A DNA stretch of 64,000 nucleotides from Bacteroidales bacterium UBA3834 (GTDB taxonomy: Bacteria > Bacteroidota > Bacteroidia > Bacteroidales > P3), in assembly GCA_002392965.1 (NCBI GenBank), contig DGIA01000010.1, forward strand, positions 65,722 through 129,721, read 5' to 3'. A program made the position numbers and the translations under genes. Shown here in pieces: positions 55,230-62,906 of the stretch. The notes beneath the pieces are model-generated. The model made no database searches and was not told the origin of the DNA. It was given only the letters and a program-made list of their open reading frames with translations. How positions within the stretch are numbered: position 1 is the first letter of the stretch; each line of letters begins with the position of its first letter.

Positions 55230-56471
55230 TTACATCCCTCCTTTCGTTAATTCATTATAAAGGGCAACACCCTTTACCGTCAACAGGTATTTCTGCCTTG
55301 GATGATTGGGTCGGTCGGGGTATTTCCGACGCACAAACTTCTCCTGTAATGCAGGTTCAAGATGGATATCCACAAAGCTCTGTCGGTGCTTGAGTTTTTT
55401 GATATTCATCATCTGGCTGATGCTTAATTCATCGTTGCCTATAATCCGCACAAGTTCAATGATGTCCTCGTTGTTTGTATAAAACTTACTATCTGGACTT
55501 AAGTTTATTATAGATGAGCTTATACGGTACTTGTACGGTGCTTGTTTGGTACTTGTACGGAGCTTGTCCTCTACCCGCTCATTAGTTATCTGGTGATTGG
55601 GCATCTCACCCTCAGGCATCTTCCACTCTTCCGGTGGATTAATCATCATATATCGATTCTTCAAGATGTTTTTCTCGCCAAGAAGCAAATTACGGAAGAA
55701 TCGAATCAAGAATAGCGGTTCATATTCTATGCCTTTGGCCACGTTGCGGTAGTTGGCTCGCACCAATGCGTTTCTGAAATACCACGAGTGGTTGGCAAAG
55801 AGGTCGTTGTTGACGCTGAAACCCAACATACGCAGATATTTGATGGTAAAGAGTGCAGTCGTTCGGGTATTTCCTTCCCTGAACGGGTGGATCTGCCATA
55901 TTCCCGACACAAAACGGGCAATATGTTCCACCATACTGTCTTTATCCATATCCGTATAAGAGAACTGACGTTCCCTATCCAGATCGTACTCCAGCGCCAT
56001 TCGCAAGTCTTGCCAGCGGCCATACAGTACAGAGTCGCCTCGCAACACCCATTCTTTTTTCGAGATGTCGTACTCGCGGAAATGCCCGGCATGTTTGAAC
56101 ACCCCTTCAAAGATAGCGCGATGGATGGCTGCCAATCCTGCCACGCTATAGGTGAAAGCATCTGTCTGCAGAAGTTTCGAAATGTTACTTGAAACCCTAT
56201 CGGCCTCTTCCTTGTCAGCATCATCGTCGTCGTGGGTAGTCTTCGTGATGTAGTATTGCTTCACCAATTCACGAGCCTCATCGATGGTAATTTCCCCTTC
56301 GATGTTTCTGCGGGCGGTATCTTGCAAATACTCCGATGTCTTTAATCCATCGACGGCCTGCAAGCCGATGGCAACGCTCCAAGCCTCCGCTCTTTCACGT
56401 TGTGCCGGCTCCCCCTGACGTATATACTCGTCAAAATCTATATATCCGTCCTTATCGTTGCTCATATTCAA
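55230..56471 (-). CDS. Fic/DOC-family protein with VbhA-like N-terminal domain and non-canonical Fic motif
   Basis: Fido core HPFREGNTRTTA, against the canonical HxFx(D/E)GNGRxxR. N-terminal QRERAEAWSVAIGLQAVDGL...GEITIDEA resembles the VbhA antitoxin fold. C-terminal winged-helix-like tail. Confidence 0.85.
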   Translation of the reverse strand: MNMSNDKDGYIDFDEYIRQGEPAQRERAEAWSVAIGLQAVDGLKTSEYLQDTARRNIEGEITIDEARELVKQYYITKTTHDDDDADKEEADRVSSNISKLLQTDAFTYSVAGLAAIHRAIFEGVFKHAGHFREYDISKKEWVLRGDSVLYGRWQDLRMALEYDLDRERQFSYTDMDKDSMVEHIARFVSGIWQIHPFREGNTRTTALFTIKYLRMLGFSVNNDLFANHSWYFRNALVRANYRNVAKGIEYEPLFLIRFFRNLLLGEKNILKNRYMMINPPEEWKMPEGEMPNHQITNERVEDKLRTSTKQAPYKYRISSSIINLSPDSKFYTNNEDIIELVRIIGNDELSISQMMNIKKLKHRQSFVDIHLEPALQEKFVRRKYPDRPNHPRQKYLLTVKGVALYNELTKGGM

Positions 56472-56530
56472 ATATTATCTTTCCAATTTTCACTTACACA
56501 TTCCCGCATTCAATATTATTATTTCCGGTG

Positions 56531-56538
56531 CAAAGATA
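56531..56538 (-). promoter_or_regulatory. -7 box (TATCTTTG on the minus strand) upstream of the Fic gene
   Basis: Exact match 59 nt upstream of ATG 56471. Confidence 0.55.
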
Positions 56539-56605
56539 CGGGTTTTATTTAAAATAAATATTCAATTTCACTCACGCATTTACACATTAACGCATTCTAT
56601 TTGAC

Positions 56606-56650
56606 CCCTTAACCGTGAACCCTTAACCATACCGCCGACCTCAGTTTAAG
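56606..56650. repeat. 14-bp-period CCTTAACC-type units plus tail ACCGCCGACCTCAGTTTAAG (copy 1)
   Basis: Related to 56701-56763. Confidence 0.8.
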
Positions 56651-56700
56651 ATTTCCCGCATTCTCTTTGAATCATGTGCTGTGGCGTCGGCTCTGCCGAC

Positions 56701-56763
56701 AACCATTAATCATGAACCGTGAATCATGAACCATTAATCATACTGCCCGACCTCGGTTCAAAC
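56701..56763. repeat. Tandem array, 14-bp period (AACCATTAATCATG / AACCGTGAATCATG), plus tail ACTGCCCGACCTCGGTTCAAAC (copy 2)
   Basis: Read directly. The tail matches the tail of copy 1 with a few substitutions. Confidence 0.85.
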
Positions 56764-56827
56764 AATCAATTGTTCAAGATTTATATTCCATCTATATAAC
56801 GGAGAAAGACGTAAAATATTGTGCAGC

Positions 56828-56854
56828 AAAAAGGACCGCCAAATAAGGCGGCCC
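56828..56854 (-). terminator. Intrinsic terminator about 100 nt downstream of the GIY-YIG gene
   Basis: The minus strand reads GGGCCGCC-TTATTT-GGCGGTCC followed by TTTTTGC. That gives an 8-bp stem including one G-U pair. Confidence 0.65.
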
Positions 56855-56952
56855 CGTTTCAATTAATAATAGGGTTTATAAAAGTATTACTTCTTTTCTT
56901 TCCAATAATCCGATTTCAGTAATCTTTCGTATTTCTCCCGTGTAATTGGTAA

Positions 56953-58236
56953 TTAATTATCAAATGATATTGAATATTGTGCAGGGTTGTTTGTGTATGA
57001 TGAAAACTGGTTCAGCCTCTTCACCGGAATGAACTTATCAATCCAACCATTCTTTCGGGATGCTTCATAGGCCCCCTTATATCTCTTGACAAATTCTGAA
57101 CGTGTTGAGCAATTCCGCGCAGCATCTCTGCATGCTTCGTATGTCCATTTTCGAGGAGATACTTTAGGAATAGGTTTCTCAAACCAGTAGTAATCATCTA
57201 ACCACTTGTTCTGGGATGCAGTTTGATAGGCATGATGGTTGCCTTTGCCAAAATCCCAACGTGTTTTGTACTTTCGTGCCTCATTATAGCATGTCTCGTA
57301 TGTCCATTTCCTATTGCCGAGAGTGCTGAACCAGACGTAATCATCAATCCATCCTTTTCGTAATGCTTTTGCATATGCCGATTGACAATTGGCGCTGAAT
57401 TCTGTTCTTGAATTGTATTTTCGGGCTTCATCATAACACTCTTTTTTTGTCCATTTACGTGCAGCACCTCCAATTGAACCATGGCCAATTCCTGTTTTAG
57501 CTCGATTCAACAAAATCCAACCATTCTTCTCATAATGCTTTACAACCTCATCTTCATATTTCTGAGCTTCGGCAACAGTACAATTATCATACCAATATTT
57601 AGGTTCGGGCACACTTGTTTTATGGTCTCTTGCAAAGATTAAAACCGGCGAATTTGACTTTCCAAACGAGTTGATTCCTAAGTGCTGCAAATGCCGTCTT
57701 TCTTTGTCATCGGTAAGACCGACATACACGACATTAAACTCCTTGAACTCATAAGAATATACACACCGTATTCTTTCCTTCAAGTCAATTTTTGAAGGAA
57801 TGAAATCCTCCATCCAGCCATTTTTAATGGCGATATAATAGACGAATTGATTCCCTTTGTAGAATTCAGTTCTGCTTGAATATTTTTTCGCCTCCTCCTT
57901 CACTCTATCATAGTCATTCCAGTATCCTTTTGGTTTGAATTGTAGAGTCATCCAATCGTAATCATCAAGCCAACCTCTTTGTAAAGCTTTTGCATATGCG
58001 CCACTACACTTTTTTTGGAATTCTAATCTAGTAGTATACTTTTGTGCTTCTTTATAGCAGGCGTCATACGTCCATCGTATTGAACGGAGGCCACGAACAA
58101 ACCAAGTGTAGTCTTTTATCCACTTATGTCTTATTGCAGCATTGTGTGCTCGAGGATGTTTTTCTGCAAATTCAGAAGAACATCTGCATGTTTTGGCCAA
58201 TTCATAACACTCGTCATATGTCCAAATGTGTCTCAT
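56953..58236 (-). CDS. GIY-YIG nuclease-domain protein flanked by six ~43-aa sequence repeats
   Basis: Core at aa 156-246 (nt 57499-57771): VYSYEFKEFNVVYVGLTDDKERRHLQH...YEDEVVKHYEKNGWILLN. Three repeats lie N-terminal to it and three C-terminal. Their consensus is (K/R)WTYE.C..EA.KY..R.EF.....AY..A...GW.DDY.WF. Confidence 0.7.
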   Translation of the reverse strand: MRHIWTYDECYELAKTCRCSSEFAEKHPRAHNAAIRHKWIKDYTWFVRGLRSIRWTYDACYKEAQKYTTRLEFQKKCSGAYAKALQRGWLDDYDWMTLQFKPKGYWNDYDRVKEEAKKYSSRTEFYKGNQFVYYIAIKNGWMEDFIPSKIDLKERIRCVYSYEFKEFNVVYVGLTDDKERRHLQHLGINSFGKSNSPVLIFARDHKTSVPEPKYWYDNCTVAEAQKYEDEVVKHYEKNGWILLNRAKTGIGHGSIGGAARKWTKKECYDEARKYNSRTEFSANCQSAYAKALRKGWIDDYVWFSTLGNRKWTYETCYNEARKYKTRWDFGKGNHHAYQTASQNKWLDDYYWFEKPIPKVSPRKWTYEACRDAARNCSTRSEFVKRYKGAYEASRKNGWIDKFIPVKRLNQFSSYTNNPAQYSISFDN

Positions 58237-58239
58237 ATC

Positions 58240-58707
58240 CTATTCTCCTTTCTTCACAAAGTCCAGTTGCATTCCCAAAGCAGAAGCGATACGACAAAGA
58301 ATGTCTAATCCTGGGGAATATTTACCCTGTTCAATACGGCTCATGTTGGCAGGTGTAATACCCGCTTTCTGAGCAACTGTTTTTGCATCCAAGCCTTGCT
58401 CTTCCCGTAATTCTTTTATCCTATGCCCTATACGCTCGCGGTCGGCATTTCTATCTTGACCTGCGAACATTGGCATTTCATAACCAAGAACGTGAAGTTG
58501 GCGTGTGAGATAATTGAAATAATCATCTCGCTCTAATTTGAAATAATTGTCAGTAATTGTACAAATTGCATCTGAATATTCTTTTGATAGAAGTAGTGGC
58601 ATTGTACTACTGAATCCGATAATGTAAACACCTCCTTGTGGGTGTTCTACCCTAACTTGCGAAGTTCCGTTCTTCGCTTCTTGCATTGATAAAATCTTTG
58701 TTTCCAT
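58240..58707 (-). CDS. XRE-family helix-turn-helix regulator with unassigned ~85-aa N-terminal domain
   Basis: C-terminal HTH_XRE: IGHRIKELREEQGLDAKTVAQKAGITPANMSRIEQGKYSPGLDILCRIASALG. Its stop lies 3 nt before the GIY-YIG start. Confidence 0.8.
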   Translation of the reverse strand: METKILSMQEAKNGTSQVRVEHPQGGVYIIGFSSTMPLLLSKEYSDAICTITDNYFKLERDDYFNYLTRQLHVLGYEMPMFAGQDRNADRERIGHRIKELREEQGLDAKTVAQKAGITPANMSRIEQGKYSPGLDILCRIASALGMQLDFVKKGE

Positions 58708-58755
58708 TACGATACGTTTTTAATGTGTTCGACACTTATATAATGAAATTCGATG

Positions 58756-58763
58756 CAAAGATA
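58756..58763 (-). promoter_or_regulatory. -7 box (TATCTTTG on the minus strand) upstream of the XRE / GIY-YIG gene pair
   Basis: Exact match 48 nt upstream of ATG 58707. Confidence 0.55.
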
Positions 58764-58842
58764 CGAATAATTATCAAATTAGATAATTGTTTTAAGTATT
58801 TTTAATATTGAAAAACGTGAAGTAAAATACAGCCAATATCCC

Positions 58843-60015
58843 TTAGAACAACTTTCCCCTTTTTCCAAACGCCTTTTCGTATTCCTCTTTCAGATTATCT
58901 TTTGTAAGCGGTTCTTTCTCTTGCTCAATCTTACGGAGGCGGAGTTCGATGGCTCTTTTGCTACGGTCAAATAGTTTGGCCAACTCCTCAATGGTTGTCC
59001 TTTTCATAAACAAAGTCCATAATTTCTCGTCGTCCCCTGCCGTCCATTTTGCACCGTGATTGGCATACTTCTGACGCATTTTGTTTTCTGATGATGGTGA
59101 TGGCGACTCGGGGTTTGGGCATTCCTTCTTTGTCGAATAACTTTGCTTACTGGGTATCACGCCACGGACACCACCTTTGGGATTTGGTACATCGCCGTTG
59201 TAGCGAGGTATCAAGTGCATGTGGACGTGAAAGACCGATTGGCCAGCGGCTTCTCCCACGTTTATTCCGACATTATATCCGTCAGGATGGAAACGTTCAT
59301 CCACTTTCTGCCTGACGTATTGCAGCATCACGTTCATTGCTTCTCGCTCGTGGTGCGTGAGGTCGAAATAAGACGCGACATGCCGTTTGGGAACGATGAG
59401 CGCGTGCCCAGGAGAAACTGGGTAACCATCATAGAAGGCCACACAAGTAGCCGTCTCGCATATCACTTCCACCCGACGAGCCAACCTACAGAACGGGCAG
59501 GTCTCTCCTTCGGTGCGGGGAAGCTTGTTGAAATGATTGTATTGGTATAGTTCATAGGAACTGTTACTCACCAAACTCTTATAGGGTAGCTTTACGTTGC
59601 ATTGGTAGGTGTACTGTTTATGGATGGCATGAAGCCGGAAGCCTTCTTCCTCCAAGTCGCGACGAACTGCATAATAGGCCGTTCCCGTTGGCTTCAGCAA
59701 ATTCGAGACATTCATCAACACCTCCGCCTGTGCGTAAGGTTCAAGAACATTAAGAACATAATTGCAGATGATGGTGTCGAATTGTCCTGTGGGATAATCG
59801 GGGCGATAATAATAGTCGTATCCGACAATATCCAAACCTTGCCGTTTCAACTCATCCGTATCATATCCAAAACCACATCCGAAGTCGAGGATGCGACCTT
59901 TCAGAAGTCCTTTGCCCAAAAGATAACGTGTGGGAACAGATAGGTCTGTCCGCTTGATGGCAGTCAAATATGGATGGTTTATCTTCTCTGGCTCTATGTG
60001 TGTCAGTTTCTCCAT
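58843..60015 (-). CDS. Fusion protein: class I SAM-methyltransferase, histidine-triad (HIT) hydrolase/transferase and C-terminal HTH-like tail
   Basis: MTase motif I ILDFGCGFGYD (nt 59860-59892). HIT block CPFC...HALIVPKRH...HVHMHLIPR (HxHxHxx at nt 59206-59229). Tail AKWTAGDDEKLW..IEELAKLFDRSKRAIELRLRKI is Myb/SANT- or sigma-r4-like. Confidence 0.8.
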   Translation of the reverse strand: MEKLTHIEPEKINHPYLTAIKRTDLSVPTRYLLGKGLLKGRILDFGCGFGYDTDELKRQGLDIVGYDYYYRPDYPTGQFDTIICNYVLNVLEPYAQAEVLMNVSNLLKPTGTAYYAVRRDLEEEGFRLHAIHKQYTYQCNVKLPYKSLVSNSSYELYQYNHFNKLPRTEGETCPFCRLARRVEVICETATCVAFYDGYPVSPGHALIVPKRHVASYFDLTHHEREAMNVMLQYVRQKVDERFHPDGYNVGINVGEAAGQSVFHVHMHLIPRYNGDVPNPKGGVRGVIPSKQSYSTKKECPNPESPSPSSENKMRQKYANHGAKWTAGDDEKLWTLFMKRTTIEELAKLFDRSKRAIELRLRKIEQEKEPLTKDNLKEEYEKAFGKRGKLF

Positions 60016-61079
60016 AGTTCGAATCCCATGTTTTGTGCAATTTGGTTCATCGGGTTAAATGTACGGGCAAAGCAGCTCCGTAGTGTTGTATTATCCATCT
60101 GGATCAACTCTTGTGGTGTGCATCCAAGAGTGATGTAGTCCTCAAGTATTTCTTGCCCACGATAGTTCTCCTTGATACAAACACGAACAGCATTTTGTTG
60201 TGTGGTTGCAAGTTTCAACAGGTATTGGTCAAGGTCGGGTAAACGGTCGCCCTTTGAAGAGTTTACGCTGCCGTCGGCAGGAACAAGGTTCCACAGCAGA
60301 TTGTGCGAAACGAAACTCCATGGGATAAAATGGTCAAGGTCGTAATTGCCAACCACGATTGGCTTGTTGGTATAGATACATCTTTGATTATTGGAATGTT
60401 CGAGTACGAAATCCCAATAATTACGCTGCCGAGTTAAAGTTTGTCGGCTTTCTGATTTTATCAGTTTGCTGGCAATATTTGGCACATTAGGATTGCGTGC
60501 TTGTAGGAATGTTGAGAGATTCCAGTATGCATAGTCCTTTAATATGACGTAATTCTCTTTTAGATATGGGAGCCAACGTGAGTTCAATTCAACCCAAATC
60601 GTATCTTCGTCCTTAGTAAGTTTATATAGGCAATTGTTTTCAAGAGATTGCGAGCGGCGCATTATCTCTTTAGTGTCAGCAATATCAATCCACGGACGCA
60701 TGAACCAATAGGGTACGTTCTTAGGAAGAAAACCAAGTGTTTGTCTGACTAGTGTGTCATTCTTGTGTGAGTGCAACCACTTGCGTAGTTCGTTAAGGTT
60801 AATGTTCATTGGTAATTGATGCACTTCTTGAAGGGATATGATTGCATCTCGCAAAGAATCGCTTTTGCCGAACGATAACCGGAAATAACTCACGGGATAC
60901 CATGCATTGGCGACCATTTCCACCATGATGTCCCATATGTTCATTCGCGTCATATCATTCTTGACGTATAGGTCAAGAATTCCCATGAACCAATAAAACT
61001 TATAGGTGGCTGACGTATTCTTGAAAATGCGCGTCAACGGTTCAATCGTGAGAGTATTAGATGTCGGCAAGGTGTTCAT
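60003..61079 (-). CDS. HNH (His-Me finger) endonuclease-domain protein with unassigned ~230-aa N-terminal domain
   Basis: CIYTNKPIVVGNYDLDHFIPWSFVSHNLLWNLVPADGSVNSSKGDR (nt 60237-60383) fits the HNH/His-Me pattern. N-terminal ATYKFYWFMGILDLY... is unrecognised. Overlaps the downstream gene by 13 nt. Confidence 0.75.
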   Translation of the reverse strand: MNTLPTSNTLTIEPLTRIFKNTSATYKFYWFMGILDLYVKNDMTRMNIWDIMVEMVANAWYPVSYFRLSFGKSDSLRDAIISLQEVHQLPMNINLNELRKWLHSHKNDTLVRQTLGFLPKNVPYWFMRPWIDIADTKEIMRRSQSLENNCLYKLTKDEDTIWVELNSRWLPYLKENYVILKDYAYWNLSTFLQARNPNVPNIASKLIKSESRQTLTRQRNYWDFVLEHSNNQRCIYTNKPIVVGNYDLDHFIPWSFVSHNLLWNLVPADGSVNSSKGDRLPDLDQYLLKLATTQQNAVRVCIKENYRGQEILEDYITLGCTPQELIQMDNTTLRSCFARTFNPMNQIAQNMGFELWRN

Positions 61080-61086
61080 TTGAATT

Positions 61087-61947
61087 TTAATTCTTTAAAT
61101 GCTCATAAAGCTTAAGCCTCAGCACCTCGCCATTCTCAAACTCAAATTGGAACTTATTGCGATTGAACCTCGGATTGTTCTTGTGGATAATCCTATGGTA
61201 GTTGGGGCTGATAATAATGATGTTTGTGGAGTCGTTGTTCTGCGAACGGGTGAAATAATCAATGTGGTGTGCTTCTACTACACTATCTCCATATTCATCG
61301 CCAATTTTCTCGCCGCTAATTTCGTCGCGATAGTTGTAGAAACGCTTCAATGTTAGGATGATGCTGCGGTCAATCCTGCGATACTTCACCAGACGTTGTT
61401 TCTCTTCAACCGAAGCTGTTTTGTCTGCCATAAAGAATTTGTCGTCATCACTTTGCTCAAATAATTCTTCGGGCATATCTCTAAGTCGATTGGCAACTTG
61501 TTTAAACTCGGTATTGGGACAACACTCCATACAGAGAACATCGGAGTTGGGTGTAAGGTATAGCCGGATATATTCATGTATATCGTTTGGAAGCATGAGC
61601 TGGCGATGGTGATTCTCCTTCAGTTGACGCTTGGTGGATAGGTAAGAATAACTCTCGTGAAAGATACTGCGGAGCTTGGCAACTATTGGCGAGGTTGTGG
61701 AATATCGAATCTGTATAATATCTTTATGGCCAGGATACTTTCGTTGGTCGAAATTTTGATTCTTTAGAATTGCATCGAAAAACTCTCCGTCAATTAGTAT
61801 CTTTATCTGTTTTCCGGCTCCGTGTTTCAAAATGGATGCATCCCATTCCTTGAAGCGAACATAGACAGAAATGGGTATTGCCAGACCTTCGTTAAGGAGA
61901 GACCAGTTTACATCTTTCTGCAAAATAAAACCATCATCGTAATCCAT
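61087..61947 (-). CDS. HNH endonuclease with unassigned ~185-aa N-terminal (possibly DNA-binding) domain
   Basis: C-terminal VVEAHHIDYF...NIIIISPNYHRIIH (nt 61180-61380) is a McrA-type HNH. The usual Cys pair is absent (RFYNYRDEISGE). Start set at ATG 61947 because the track's extension to 62136 crosses the -7 box at 61994-62001. Confidence 0.75.
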   Translation of the reverse strand: MDYDDGFILQKDVNWSLLNEGLAIPISVYVRFKEWDASILKHGAGKQIKILIDGEFFDAILKNQNFDQRKYPGHKDIIQIRYSTTSPIVAKLRSIFHESYSYLSTKRQLKENHHRQLMLPNDIHEYIRLYLTPNSDVLCMECCPNTEFKQVANRLRDMPEELFEQSDDDKFFMADKTASVEEKQRLVKYRRIDRSIILTLKRFYNYRDEISGEKIGDEYGDSVVEAHHIDYFTRSQNNDSTNIIIISPNYHRIIHKNNPRFNRNKFQFEFENGEVLRLKLYEHLKN

Positions 61948-61993
61948 CAGAGTTGCATATTTCTGCTGCGTTTCATTTCTTTTTTTCAATCTG

Positions 61994-62001
61994 CAAAGAT
62001 A
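61994..62001 (-). promoter_or_regulatory. -7 box (TATCTTTG on the minus strand) upstream of the HNH / HNH / MTase-HIT operon
   Basis: Exact match 46 nt upstream of ATG 61947. A CAAA (the -33 TTTG on the minus strand) lies about 20 nt further upstream. Confidence 0.55.
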
Positions 62002-62225
62002 CACATTATTTCTGAATCGGCAAAAAATAATTATTCCTATATATCGTGATTGTGCTTCCTGACGTCCATCTTCCAGTTCCATTTCCCTAAGCGCTTCGGC
62101 AAAATCCTCATAGTGAGCATGCTCCGCAACGAGCACCTCGCCATCCTCTCTTCCCTCAAATCATACCGCAAACTCTATAAGCCTCGTAGAATGAGGAACT
62201 TGAATGAGTAAACGAAACAAAAAAT

Positions 62226-62372
62226 CTGACAGTCTGACAATCTGACAATCAAAAAAAAGATACCTGACACCTCTTTATATAATATATAATTAATTAATAA
62301 TTAATAATATATATAAAGAATAGAGGGTTTGTCACCCCTCAAAAATAGACTGTCAGACTGTCAGACTGTCAG
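62226..62372. repeat. About 147-bp imperfect palindrome: octamer arrays (CTGACAGT x3 / GACTGTCA x3) around an AT-only core
   Basis: CTGACAGTCTGACA is the exact reverse complement of TGTCAGACTGTCAG. The inner arms CCTCTTTATATA... / ...TATATAAAGAATAGAGG flank the core TAATTAATTAATAATTAATAATATATA. Confidence 0.9.
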
Positions 62373-62691
62373 AAATTAACCCATCAAATTCACCTAAAAG
62401 GCAATTATTCAATGAAATACGACATCACCAAACCCAAGACACCCATGATACCATCCCTCGGAAAAGGGTCCTTCACACCCCGCCAGGTTCAGGCGGTCGT
62501 CGAGTGGCTGGGAGCCCCGTAGGCTCCCCAATCTACCGCCATCGTCACTTATCGGCAGCCATCCGCCCCCATCGGCAGAACCCCACGGAAAAAGGTCGTA
62601 CTTTTGCATCGTGGTTCAGTCGGGAGGGTGCCGGCAAGGTTGTGGCTAACCTAGGTCAACCTTAGCTCTAACCTGTGGAATCCTTGGCACA

Positions 62692-62823
62692 TAACGAAAA
62701 CGAAAACCAAAACGATAACGAAAACGAATTAACCAAAACCAATACGATAACGAAAACAAATTAACGAAAACCAAAACGAAAACGATTTAACGAAAACCAT
62801 AACCAATAACGAAAACGAAAACG
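62692..62823. repeat. Low-complexity array of AACGAAAAC / AACCAAAAC / GATAACG units (about 6-bp base period, about 30-bp higher order)
   Basis: Read directly. Track ORF 62729-62959 (minus strand) merely reads through it. Confidence 0.9.
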
Positions 62824-62906
62824 GGATCCCAAGAATAAATTCAATCATCAAATTAGTGACCTGTGAACTGTGACCAGAGAGGTGGGAGAGGTGGTGAATA
62901 GTGAGG

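Noticed and set aside
61948-62136. 63-aa N-terminal extension of HNH gene A.
   Set aside because: It reads through the TAnnTTTG box at 61994-62001. The first ATG after the box (61947) gives a sensible start.
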